In this document: positions 1 to 8,458 of the stretch, in pieces | Numbering within the stretch: the stretch's first letter is position 1 | How the letters are laid out: each line of letters starts with the position of its first letter | Assembly (NCBI GenBank): GCA_029258825.1 | Contig: JAPDKA010000003.1 | Span: forward strand, 66,065 to 130,064 | Length of the DNA: 64,000 nucleotides | Reading direction: 5' to 3' | DNA from: an archaeon | GTDB lineage: Archaea; Nanobdellota; Nanobdellia; Pacearchaeales; JAPDKA01 | Program-made: the position numbers and the translations under genes | The notes under the pieces: model-generated | Told to the model about the DNA's origin: nothing | Seen by the model: the letters and a program-made list of their open reading frames with translations, nothing else | The model's database searches: none

Positions 1-1
1 T

Positions 2-421
2 CCTAATGCTTATCTTGATGCCGCATGTGTTGCAGACAAAATAAAACGAGAACTAGAAAGGTTTGGCCCATTAAGTTTCAAAATTGTTGCTTATAGAAAT
101 TTAAGACGTATCAAAGAGGCTGGCGCGCTTGGTGGCGAAATAGTGCTAAGCGGAAAGTTGCCAAGTGAAAGAGCAAGAACTTGGCGATTCAGGTTTGGTT
201 ATATCAAAAAGACAGGAAATTATGCTAAATTACTTGTAGATAAAGCAAAAACAGTTGCTCAAACAAAGCCTGGCACGATCGGCATTAAAGTAGCTATAAT
301 GCCTCCAACAGTAAAGCTTCCAGATAAAATAGAAATACCGGAAAAACAAGAGCAAGCACAAGAACCGGCACAAGAACAAACACAGCAACAAATAAACGAA
401 CAAAAAAATCAAACAAAATAA
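2..421 (+). CDS. rps3: 30S ribosomal protein S3 (uS3), 5'-truncated by the window edge
   Basis: Frame open from nt 2: ...IKEAGALGGEIVLSGKLPSERAR...FGYIKKTG...KPGTIGIKVAIMPP; position before L29. Confidence 0.95.
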   Translation, partial: PNAYLDAACVADKIKRELERFGPLSFKIVAYRNLRRIKEAGALGGEIVLSGKLPSERARTWRFRFGYIKKTGNYAKLLVDKAKTVAQTKPGTIGIKVAIMPPTVKLPDKIEIPEKQEQAQEPAQEQTQQQINEQKNQTK

Positions 422-435
422 AATAAAAAATAAAG

Positions 436-687
436 ATGGCTATCCTAAAAGCAAGAGAGATTAGGCAACAAAGCGATGCTGAACTAAGAAAAAAGTTGAA
501 CGAGCTAAAACTAGAACTATTAAGACAGCGCGCACAAAAAAGTCAAGCCCAAGCTAAATTAAAGATTAGAGAAATAAAAAGAACTATTGCAAGAATTAAG
601 ACAATATTGCATGAAAGAAAAATGCAAGAATCAAAAAAGCAAGAAAACAAAAATAAAACTAATGCTCAAACCAAATCAAAAGCCTAA
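436..687 (+). CDS. rpl29: 50S ribosomal protein L29 (uL29)
   Basis: MAILKAREIR...KIREIKRTIARIKTILHE; operon order. Confidence 0.95.
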   Translation: MAILKAREIRQQSDAELRKKLNELKLELLRQRAQKSQAQAKLKIREIKRTIARIKTILHERKMQESKKQENKNKTNAQTKSKA

Positions 688-690
688 ACC

Positions 691-993
691 ATGGAAATTT
701 GTCCAAAGTGCGGATTGCCTAAAGAAGCATGCATTTGTGAAACACTGGCAAAAGAACAGGAAAAAATAGTAGTGAGGAAAGAAAAGCGAAAATTTGGCAA
801 AATAGTGACAGTAGTGAACTTTAACAATAAAATAAACCTTAAAGAGATAGCAAAAGAACTAAAAAAGAAACTCGCGTGTGGCGGCACTGTTAAAGACAAT
901 GAAATAGAATTGCAGGGAGATCACGCAGCGAAAATAAAGGAAAAGCTTGTTGAGCTGGGCTTTAACGCAGAGAACATAGAGATAGTAGAATAG
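691..993 (+). CDS. sui1: Translation initiation factor SUI1 / aIF1
   Basis: CPKCGLP..C.C zinc motif; LKKKLACGGT...IELQGDH. Confidence 0.95.
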   Translation: MEICPKCGLPKEACICETLAKEQEKIVVRKEKRKFGKIVTVVNFNNKINLKEIAKELKKKLACGGTVKDNEIELQGDHAAKIKEKLVELGFNAENIEIVE

Positions 994-1033
994 CATAGAT
1001 GAAGCATAAACGCATAAACAAACCAAAGCAAAA

Positions 1034-1312
1034 ATGAACATAAAAATAAAGCCAGAAGACATACTCACAAAAGTAACGTTGATCGGTGACAGCGTTGAGG
1101 TAATTGAAGCAAGCAATAAATTGCTTGTTGGCATTAAAGGCACTGTTATTGATGAGAGCAAAGAAATGTTAATACTTAAAGTTAACAAAGGCATAAAAAA
1201 ACTGCTGAAATCGCAAGTAACGTTGAAAGTGAAAAGCAAGGAATTGGGCAAAACTTATATAGTGGACGGAAAACTTTTAAGAGGAAGAATCGAAAAAAGA
1301 ATAAAAAAATAA
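1034..1312 (+). CDS. rnp1: Ribonuclease P protein component 1 (p29/POP4)
   Basis: LIG..VEV...GIKGTVIDESKEML...VDGKLLRGRIEKRIK; canonical position between SUI1 and S17. Confidence 0.9.
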   Translation: MNIKIKPEDILTKVTLIGDSVEVIEASNKLLVGIKGTVIDESKEMLILKVNKGIKKLLKSQVTLKVKSKELGKTYIVDGKLLRGRIEKRIKK

Positions 1313-1323
1313 AAAACATTAAA

Positions 1324-1698
1324 ATGGCAAAAGAAAGAGCAAAAGAAAAACAAAAAGAAAAAGAAACAAAACAAAAGGAAAACCAAAAGCAGAAAATTTG
1401 CAATGATAAAAACTGCCCTATTCATGGTAGTATAGCTTTAAGAGGTAGAAAGTTTAAAGGCATAGTAACAAGAAAGCACATCAAACAAAAAAAAGTAACC
1501 ATAGAGTTTGAACGTATGGTTTTCATTCGGAAATATGAAAGATTTGCAAAAAAGATAACACGTATTCATGCTCATTTGCCAGATTGCATGCAAGATGAAA
1601 TAGCAGTTGGTGATGTTGTTGAAGTGCATGAAACAAGACCAATAAGCAAGATGATACATTTTGTTGTAACAAGAAAAATAAAATCTAAAGCAAAATGA
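1324..1698 (+). CDS. rps17: 30S ribosomal protein S17 (uS17)
   Basis: CNDKNCPIHG..LRGR...KYERF...HAHLP...GDVV...ETRPISK..HFVV. Confidence 0.96.
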   Translation: MAKERAKEKQKEKETKQKENQKQKICNDKNCPIHGSIALRGRKFKGIVTRKHIKQKKVTIEFERMVFIRKYERFAKKITRIHAHLPDCMQDEIAVGDVVEVHETRPISKMIHFVVTRKIKSKAK

Positions 1699-2096
1699 AA
1701 GCTGTAGCAGCACGAATTAACAAAGGGCTACACATAGGCAGCCTTGTGAATGTAGCAGACAATAGCGGCGCAAAACTAGTCAAAATCGTAGCAGTTAAGA
1801 AAGCAAAAAGTGTAAAAGGCAGACAAATCAGCTGTGGCGTTGCAGACCTTGTAAGAGTAAGTGTAAGAAAAGGTAACATAGAATTGAAAAAGCAAACACA
1901 TTGGGCAGTCATAGTCAGGCAGAGACGCCCTTACAGAAGAAAAACAGGCGAGCGTATATGTTTTGAAGACAATGCAGTAGTTTTGCTTAAAGATGAAAAA
2001 GGTAATCCAAAAGGAACACAAATAAAAGGACCTATAGCAAGAGAGGCCGCTGAAAGATGGCCTTTTGTTGCTAAAATAGCAAGCGTTGTTGTTTAA
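1695..2096 (+). CDS. rpl14: 50S ribosomal protein L14 (uL14)
   Basis: VADNSGAK...AVIVRQRRPYRR..G.RICFEDNAVV...PKGTQIKGPIARE. Confidence 0.97.
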   Translation: MKAVAARINKGLHIGSLVNVADNSGAKLVKIVAVKKAKSVKGRQISCGVADLVRVSVRKGNIELKKQTHWAVIVRQRRPYRRKTGERICFEDNAVVLLKDEKGNPKGTQIKGPIAREAAERWPFVAKIASVVV

Positions 2097-2097
2097 A

Positions 2098-2520
2098 ATG
2101 GCTGCTAAATGGAGTAAAAGCTGGAAATCAAGCAAACAACCAAGAAAGCAACGCAAATATAGACGGAATGCTCCGCTACATGTAAGGCACAAATTTTTAG
2201 CAGCGAACCTAAGCAAAGAACTAAGAAAGAAATATGGCATTAGAGCATTGCCATTACGCAAAGGCGATACAGTAAAAATTATGCGTGGTAGTTTTAAAGG
2301 TAAGACAGGAAAAATAAGCAGGATAGATTTAAAAAAACTCAAAGTTTATGTTGAAAACATTACAATGCTTAAGCAAGACGGGAGAAAAGTACCGATGCCT
2401 TTAGAACCATCAAACTTACAAATTATAGCGCTGAATCTTGATGATAAAAAACGTCTCAAAGCAATAGAAAGAAAACAGAAAGCAAAAGAAAAAGAAAAAA
2501 GTAAAGCTAAACAGAAATAA
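2098..2520 (+). CDS. rpl24: 50S ribosomal protein L24 (uL24)
   Basis: SKQPRKQRK...APLH...LSKELRKKYG...GDTVKIMRG; ATG at 2098 chosen. Confidence 0.96.
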   Translation: MAAKWSKSWKSSKQPRKQRKYRRNAPLHVRHKFLAANLSKELRKKYGIRALPLRKGDTVKIMRGSFKGKTGKISRIDLKKLKVYVENITMLKQDGRKVPMPLEPSNLQIIALNLDDKKRLKAIERKQKAKEKEKSKAKQK

Positions 2521-2528
2521 TTAGCAAA

Positions 2529-3224
2529 ATGTCAAGACACTTAAAAAGGTTGAGCATGCCGAAAACATGGCCCCTAGCAAGAAAAGGAACTAAATTCATA
2601 ACCAAACCCAGTCCTGGTTCTCATAGTTTAGAATATGGTTTGCCTCTAGTAATAGTATTGAGAGACATACTAAAGCTTGCAACTACAAGCAGAGAAGCAA
2701 AAAAAATTGTTAAGCATAAAACAGTAATCATTGATGGAAGGCAAATAAAAGATGAGAAATTTCCTTTCGGATTGTTTGACAGGATGTACATACCTGAAAT
2801 AGACAAAGCATATACTGTAGTGCTTAATAAAAAAGGAAAGCTACAAATTATCGAGATATCAAAAGACAAGGTTGACTTAAAGCCATTAAAAGTTATAGGC
2901 AAAAGAACTGTAAAGAAAGGACTAGTGCAGATAAACTGCTATGATGGAAAAAATATATTGTTAAAGCCTGATGAAGCTAAAAACATTAAGCCTCATGATT
3001 CTATTGTTTATGATCTAAAAAACAAAAAAATAGTTAAGCATTTGCCATTAAAGCAAAACGCCGATCTTGTTGTTATCAAAGGAAAACACACATGGGAATT
3101 CGGCAAAGTAAAAGAAATAACAAGAAAAGGTAACAAGAGATTTGTAGCAATACAAACTGAAAGGGGAGTGATTGAAACGCCTATCGAGCATGTTTTCGTA
3201 ATAGAAAAAAACTTAATACAATAA
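2529..3224 (+). CDS. rps4e: 30S ribosomal protein S4e
   Basis: HLKRLSMPKTW..RKG...PSPGSH...LRDIL...EAKKI. Confidence 0.96.
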   Translation: MSRHLKRLSMPKTWPLARKGTKFITKPSPGSHSLEYGLPLVIVLRDILKLATTSREAKKIVKHKTVIIDGRQIKDEKFPFGLFDRMYIPEIDKAYTVVLNKKGKLQIIEISKDKVDLKPLKVIGKRTVKKGLVQINCYDGKNILLKPDEAKNIKPHDSIVYDLKNKKIVKHLPLKQNADLVVIKGKHTWEFGKVKEITRKGNKRFVAIQTERGVIETPIEHVFVIEKNLIQ

Positions 3225-3225
3225 A

Positions 3226-3723
3226 ATGAATATGCGCGAAGTCAGGTTTGAGAAAGTTGTGCTTCATGCAACAACAGCCGATCAGGCAAAGCTGGAAAAG
3301 TACAAGAAATTGCTAAACGTAATTACAAACAGAAAGCCAGCTGTAACAAAAGCAAAACGCAGAATTGCAGCATTCAAGATTAGGCGGGGGCTCGTTATAG
3401 GTTGTAAAGTTACTGTTAGAGGCAAGCAAGGCGAAGAGCTTGCGAAAAGATTATTGAAAGCAATAGACAACACATTAAGTAAAAAACAGGTTGGGCCTGG
3501 CTTTGTCAGCTTTGGTATTAAAGAATATATTGAGATTCCAGGTGTTGAGTATATGCGTGATGTAGGCATAGTGGGCTTTGATGTTACGATATGCTTAACA
3601 AAACCTGGCAAAAGAGTAAAGCTAAGAAAAATTAAAAAAAGCAAAATAGGAAAAAAACAAACTGTAAGCAAAGAAGAAACAATTGAATTTTTAAAAAATA
3701 AATTTGGAGTAAAATTCAAGTAA
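3226..3723 (+). CDS. rpl5: 50S ribosomal protein L5 (uL5)
   Basis: [15 protein letters not shown]...[21 protein letters not shown]; operon order. Confidence 0.95.
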   Translation: MNMREVRFEKVVLHATTADQAKLEKYKKLLNVITNRKPAVTKAKRRIAAFKIRRGLVIGCKVTVRGKQGEELAKRLLKAIDNTLSKKQVGPGFVSFGIKEYIEIPGVEYMRDVGIVGFDVTICLTKPGKRVKLRKIKKSKIGKKQTVSKEETIEFLKNKFGVKFK

Positions 3724-3724
3724 A

Positions 3725-3955
3725 ATGACGGCAAGCGACTGGAGGAAATTGTTAACGCAACTTAAAGCAAAACCGCAACTGCTAAAGAGATTTTTCAAGT
3801 ACAACAAACCGAAAGAAAGAAAATTCGGCGTAGCAGCATTCAAATGTGAAAGATGCGGAAGATTCGGCGCGCATATTCATAAATACGGACTGCATTTATG
3901 CAGGCAGTGTTTCAGAGAAATAGCTGAAAAATTAGGATTTAAAAAATATAATTAA
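3725..3955 (+). CDS. rps14: 30S ribosomal protein S14 (uS14, zinc type)
   Basis: CERCG...[25 protein letters not shown]. Confidence 0.96.
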   Translation: MTASDWRKLLTQLKAKPQLLKRFFKYNKPKERKFGVAAFKCERCGRFGAHIHKYGLHLCRQCFREIAEKLGFKKYN

Positions 3956-3991
3956 ATCGATATAATTAAATAAGCAAAATAAAAAAATAAA

Positions 3992-4378
3992 ATGGTCGTT
4001 AGAGATTGGTTAAGCAATGCATTGAACGATTTTATGAATTGCAAAAAGGTTGGAAAAACAGAGACAGTAATCTGCCCTGTATCCAATCTAATGCTTAGAG
4101 TGTTTGAAATAATGAAACAACACGGCTATCTTGAAGATGTTAAAGTTGAGCAGGACAAGTTCAGAAAAGCAATCGTAAAGCTAGGAAAATTAAACTATTG
4201 TAAAGCAATAAAGCCGCGATTTGTAGTAAAAAAGGACCAGTATGATAAATATATTAGACGTTACTTGCCGGCTAGACAACTTGGTATAATCATTGTTTCA
4301 ACAAATAAAGGTTTAATGACTCATAGAGAGGCAATGGAAAAAGGACTTGGTGGTGTGTTAATTGCTTATTGCTATTAA
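3992..4378 (+). CDS. rps8: 30S ribosomal protein S8 (uS8)
   Basis: IKPRF...RYLPA..GIIIVSTNKGLMTHREA...GLGG.LIAYCY. Confidence 0.96.
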   Translation: MVVRDWLSNALNDFMNCKKVGKTETVICPVSNLMLRVFEIMKQHGYLEDVKVEQDKFRKAIVKLGKLNYCKAIKPRFVVKKDQYDKYIRRYLPARQLGIIIVSTNKGLMTHREAMEKGLGGVLIAYCY

Positions 4379-4423
4379 ATATAAGCTATTAATGTTAAAC
4401 TTGTAAAGTTAAAAAAAGTTAAA

Positions 4424-4981
4424 ATGAAAAAAGACATAAAAGAAAAGGTAGAATTGCCCCAGGGCATTAATGCAGAAGTAGACGACAATGCCAAGCACGT
4501 TAAAGTTAGTGGCAATGCTGGACAGCTTGAAAAAAGCTTCAAAGTAGTTGATAAAGTGCATTTGAAATTGGAAGGCAATAGCATAGTCATTTATGCTAAC
4601 AAAGCCACAAAAAGAGAAAAGAAAATGATAAAGACAATAAAGGCACACATAAAAAATATGATTAAAGGATTAATGCAACCTTGGGTTTACAAATTGCAAA
4701 TATGTTCTTCGCACTTTCCGATGAGTGTAAGCGTTGATAAGGAAAAAGGTTTAGTTATTATTAAGAACTTTCTTGGAGAAAATAAAGAAAGAACAGCAAA
4801 AATTTTGCCAGGCGTTGATGTTCAAGTTAAAGGCGATATTATTGAAGTCAAAAGTATAGATAAAGAAAAAGCTGGTCAAACTGCAGCAAACATAGAACAG
4901 GCAACAAGAATAACAAAACTTGACAGGCGTATATTCCAAGACGGCATTTGGATTATTGAAAAAGCTGGAAAACCTGTGTAA
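4424..4981 (+). CDS. rpl6: 50S ribosomal protein L6 (uL6)
   Basis: SHFPM...IKNFLGE...GQTAANIEQAT..DRRIFQDGIWI. Confidence 0.96.
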   Translation: MKKDIKEKVELPQGINAEVDDNAKHVKVSGNAGQLEKSFKVVDKVHLKLEGNSIVIYANKATKREKKMIKTIKAHIKNMIKGLMQPWVYKLQICSSHFPMSVSVDKEKGLVIIKNFLGENKERTAKILPGVDVQVKGDIIEVKSIDKEKAGQTAANIEQATRITKLDRRIFQDGIWIIEKAGKPV

Positions 4982-5015
4982 TTGCATAATAAAACAAACA
5001 AAGCAAAAAGAAAAA

Positions 5016-5702
5016 ATGACAAATACGAAAGAAGCAAAAAACGAAATGCAGAAACTGCTTGAAGAAAGAAAACGCATAAAGAAGAGAAAGCCTGACTATG
5101 TTAGACAAGATTCTCATAAAAAATCAAGGCTTGGAAGGGGCAGAAAGAAAAAACAAAAATGGAGAAGGCCAAAAGGCAGACACAGCAAGGTTAGAAAACG
5201 CATAAAAGGACATCTGCCACGCGTCGAAATAGGCTATGGTTCACCAAAAAAAGTTAAAGGCACTATTAATGGTTTAAAACCTGTAATTGTTACCTCACCA
5301 CAAGACATAGAAAAAATAAAACCAGATCAGATAGCATTTGTTGCTTCAACAGTTGGAAAAAAGAAAAAGCTAGAAATTGTTAAGAAAGCTCTCTCACTTA
5401 ATGTTCAGCTTGCAAATGTTGATGCAAGTTTTATTGAGTGTGTTGAAGCTGAAATGAAACAAAGAAAAGAAAAGCGTAAGGCTTATGAAAAAGCAAGAGC
5501 TGAGAAGGAAAAAAGAAAAGAAAAAGCAAAAGTGAAGGAAGAAGAGGTGAAAAAGAAAGAGATGGAAAAAGCAGAAGAAAAAGAAAAGCAAGAAGCAAAA
5601 AAGTTAACTGAGCGCATTGAAGCAGAAGCTGAAATGCATGCAAAAGAAAAATTTGAAAAACCAAAAAAAGTCGAAGCACATAGAAAAGCATTACAAAAAT
5701 AA
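5016..5702 (+). CDS. rpl32e: 50S ribosomal protein L32e with long charged C-terminal extension
   Basis: KPDYVRQD.HK...WRRPKGRHSK.R...IGYGSP; ATG at 5016 chosen because the track start lies inside L6. Confidence 0.93.
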   Translation: MTNTKEAKNEMQKLLEERKRIKKRKPDYVRQDSHKKSRLGRGRKKKQKWRRPKGRHSKVRKRIKGHLPRVEIGYGSPKKVKGTINGLKPVIVTSPQDIEKIKPDQIAFVASTVGKKKKLEIVKKALSLNVQLANVDASFIECVEAEMKQRKEKRKAYEKARAEKEKRKEKAKVKEEEVKKKEMEKAEEKEKQEAKKLTERIEAEAEMHAKEKFEKPKKVEAHRKALQK

Positions 5703-5724
5703 AATACTATGATAAGTTCACAAA

Positions 5725-6168
5725 ATGCCTGCCTTTAAAACACAAAAAAGAATCGCAGCGCAACTACTTGGTGTAGGCGTAAACAGGATTTGGCTAGATC
5801 CGAATAGGCTTGACGAGATAAAGCAAGCAATAACAAGAAAAGACATAGAAGAATTAATAAAAGAAAAAGCAATCAAGGCAAAACCTGTACATGGTGTAAA
5901 AAGAAGGGCAGGCAAAAAGCATGATGCAAGACGCAAGAAAGGACGCAAACGTGGGCCTGGTAAAAGAAAAAAAATTGTAAAGCAAAGAAAACGAGAATAT
6001 GTCATGCTTATAAGACGCTTACGAAGTTACCTTCGCGCATTAAAAAATAAAGGCGTGATAACAACAAACCAGTATCAAAAATTAAGGAGACTTGCAAAAG
6101 CTGGAATGTTTCCAAGCAAAAAAAGTGTTGATGAGTATATAAAATTAAAGTTAAAACAAGCTGAATAA
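5725..6168 (+). CDS. rpl19e: 50S ribosomal protein L19e
   Basis: QKRIAAQLLGVG.NRIWLDP...AITR.DI...GRKRGPGKRK. Confidence 0.96.
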   Translation: MPAFKTQKRIAAQLLGVGVNRIWLDPNRLDEIKQAITRKDIEELIKEKAIKAKPVHGVKRRAGKKHDARRKKGRKRGPGKRKKIVKQRKREYVMLIRRLRSYLRALKNKGVITTNQYQKLRRLAKAGMFPSKKSVDEYIKLKLKQAE

Positions 6169-6169
6169 A

Positions 6170-6703
6170 ATGGGAAAATTGTTAGTGGTTAAAAAAAGAA
6201 GACGCAGAGAAGGAAAGACAAACTACAAAAAGCGCTTAGCTTTACTTAAATCAGAAAAGCCTCGGCTAGTTGTAAGAAAAACAAACAAGTATGTGATAGC
6301 TCAACTAGTAATTAGTGAAGAAGCTCAAGATAAAGTTGTTGTTGGTGTAACATCTAAAGTACTGGCAAAGTTCGGCTGGCAAAATAGTTTTAAAAATATT
6401 CCTGCATGCTACTTAACTGGAATAATTATTGGCAAGCTAGGACTAAGTAAAGGCATAAATGAAGCAATAGTTGATATCGGGCTGCATAGAGCAACAAAAG
6501 GCAATAGGCTGTTTGCTGTGGTTAAAGGTTGTATTGATGCTGGCATGCAAATAAAAGCTAATGCTGTATTTCCTGATGCTGAACGCATCAAAGGAAAACA
6601 CATTAATGATGCTGTACAAAGAACATTTGAAGAGATTTATGAAAAACTAAAGCAGGTTGATGATGTTGAAAAAATTATAAAAACAAAATCAAATAAAAAA
6701 TAA
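6170..6703 (+). CDS. rpl18: 50S ribosomal protein L18 (uL18)
   Basis: RRRREGKTNYKKRLALLKS...RLVVRKTNK...NIPACYLTG. Confidence 0.96.
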   Translation: MGKLLVVKKRRRREGKTNYKKRLALLKSEKPRLVVRKTNKYVIAQLVISEEAQDKVVVGVTSKVLAKFGWQNSFKNIPACYLTGIIIGKLGLSKGINEAIVDIGLHRATKGNRLFAVVKGCIDAGMQIKANAVFPDAERIKGKHINDAVQRTFEEIYEKLKQVDDVEKIIKTKSNKK

Positions 6704-6744
6704 ATAAAATAATAAAAAAATTAAAGAAAAAATCAAAAAACAAA

Positions 6745-7533
6745 ATGACAAAAGGAACGTCAAGGAAAAAGCAAGAACCTGAAGCAGTAAAAAAAGCAAT
6801 GAAAAGAGAAGGTACAGAAATGAAAGTTGAAGAAAAAGCTGAAGAACAAGCAAAGCAAGAAGCAAAACAAGTAAAGCAACAAAGCGAGGAGAAACTTGCA
6901 CAATGGAAACCAAAGACAGAACTAGGCAAGCTCGTTAAGCAAGGAAAAATAACAAATATTGATGAAGTATTCGAGAAAGGCTACAAAATTTTAGAGCCAG
7001 AAATTGTCGATGCTTTATTGCCTAATCTAGAGTATGACCTAATACTAATCGGCCAGGCAAAAGGTAAGTTTGGAGGTGGCAAAAGACGTGCATGGCGTCA
7101 AACACAGAAAAAAACTGCTGAAGGAAACGTACCAAAATTTGCAGCCCTTGCAGTTGTAGGCGATAGAAACGGTCATGTTGGTATAGGCTATGGGAAAGCT
7201 AAAGAAACATTACCAGCAAGAGAAAAAGCAATAAGAAAAGCCAAACTTAACATATTCAAAGTTAATAGAGGTTGTGGCAGCTTTGATTGTATATGCAATG
7301 ATCCACACTCCATTCCAGCTAAAACTGAAGGAAAAGAAGGTAGTGTAAGGATTATACTAATGCCTGCTCCAAGAGGTACCGGATTAGTAATTGAAGATGA
7401 ATGTAAAAAAATCATGAGGCTTGCTGGCATAAAAGACATATACAGTAGAACTTTCGGTAAAACAAGAACGAAATTCAACTTGATTAAGGCTTGCATAAAA
7501 GCACTAAAAAAACTAAACGATCTACACTTATAA
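6745..7533 (+). CDS. rps5: 30S ribosomal protein S5 (uS5)
   Basis: WKPKTELGKLV...EPEIVDALLP...VVGDRNGHVG...RGCGS...PAPRGTGL. Confidence 0.96.
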   Translation: MTKGTSRKKQEPEAVKKAMKREGTEMKVEEKAEEQAKQEAKQVKQQSEEKLAQWKPKTELGKLVKQGKITNIDEVFEKGYKILEPEIVDALLPNLEYDLILIGQAKGKFGGGKRRAWRQTQKKTAEGNVPKFAALAVVGDRNGHVGIGYGKAKETLPAREKAIRKAKLNIFKVNRGCGSFDCICNDPHSIPAKTEGKEGSVRIILMPAPRGTGLVIEDECKKIMRLAGIKDIYSRTFGKTRTKFNLIKACIKALKKLNDLHL

Positions 7534-7534
7534 A

Positions 7535-7999
7535 ATGTTATACGCTGCAATACGCATTCGAGGCCTTGTAGGAGTTCCTAAAATCATACAGCAAACATTA
7601 TTCATGCTTAGACTTAGACAGAAACATGCTTGTGTATTGTTACAGCCTACATCACAAAATTTGGGAATGTTAAAGAAAGCAAAATCATATATCGCATATG
7701 GACCTATAAACAAAGAAACGCTTATTGAATTGTTAAAAAAACGAGGAAAGCTAGTAGGCGACAAAAAGCTGAGCGATGACGCAATAGCAAAATATAAGCT
7801 TAACATTGAGAAACTTGCTGATATGTTGATTAAAAATGAGCTTAAACCAAAAGAACTTGTAAAATACAGCATAAAACCATTTTTTAGATTGCATCCTCCT
7901 AAAGGTGGTTTTAAAAAGTCCATAAAGCTTGAATGGCCTAAAGGTGTGCTTGGCAATGTTGGTGAATACATCAACGAGCTAATTAAAAAAATGTTGTAA
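7535..7999 (+). CDS. rpl30: 50S ribosomal protein L30 (uL30)
   Basis: AAIRIRG...TL.MLRL...FRLHPPKGG...G.LGN.G..INELIKKM. Confidence 0.95.
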   Translation: MLYAAIRIRGLVGVPKIIQQTLFMLRLRQKHACVLLQPTSQNLGMLKKAKSYIAYGPINKETLIELLKKRGKLVGDKKLSDDAIAKYKLNIEKLADMLIKNELKPKELVKYSIKPFFRLHPPKGGFKKSIKLEWPKGVLGNVGEYINELIKKML

Positions 8000-8009
8000 G
8001 AGCTAAAAA

Positions 8010-8444
8010 ATGGTAAAGATAAAGAAACGTGATAAACGCAGCAGATTGCGTGGAAAGCGCACATGTGGACATGGAAGTAGAAAAAAGGCAAGAGGTAAAG
8101 GAAGTAAAGGTGGTAAAGGTAAAGCTGGAACTGGAAAAAGAGCTGGCCAAAAATTGACTGCATTGCTAAAGCATAAGCAAAAATTAGGCAAGAAAGGCTT
8201 CACAAGCCATAAAAAATTGAAAAGACTTAAACAAGTTACGCTTAACATTAAGCATATTGCTGATAACCTTGAGAATTATGCTGAAAATAATGCTATAAAA
8301 CTAAATGCAAGACTGCTTGGGTTTGATGAATTAAGCATAAAACAGATAGCAAGCAAAATAAAAACAATAAAGTGTAAAAGCATAACAAAAAAACTTAAAG
8401 AAGCTTTAGAGCAAGCTGGAGTTAGTGTTGAAACAAATGAATAA
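8010..8444 (+). CDS. rpl15: 50S ribosomal protein L15 (uL15)
   Basis: RLRGKRTCGHG..KKARG.GSKGG.G.AG...LGKKGF; position before secY. Confidence 0.94.
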   Translation: MVKIKKRDKRSRLRGKRTCGHGSRKKARGKGSKGGKGKAGTGKRAGQKLTALLKHKQKLGKKGFTSHKKLKRLKQVTLNIKHIADNLENYAENNAIKLNARLLGFDELSIKQIASKIKTIKCKSITKKLKEALEQAGVSVETNE

Positions 8445-8458
8445 ACTAACAAAACAAA

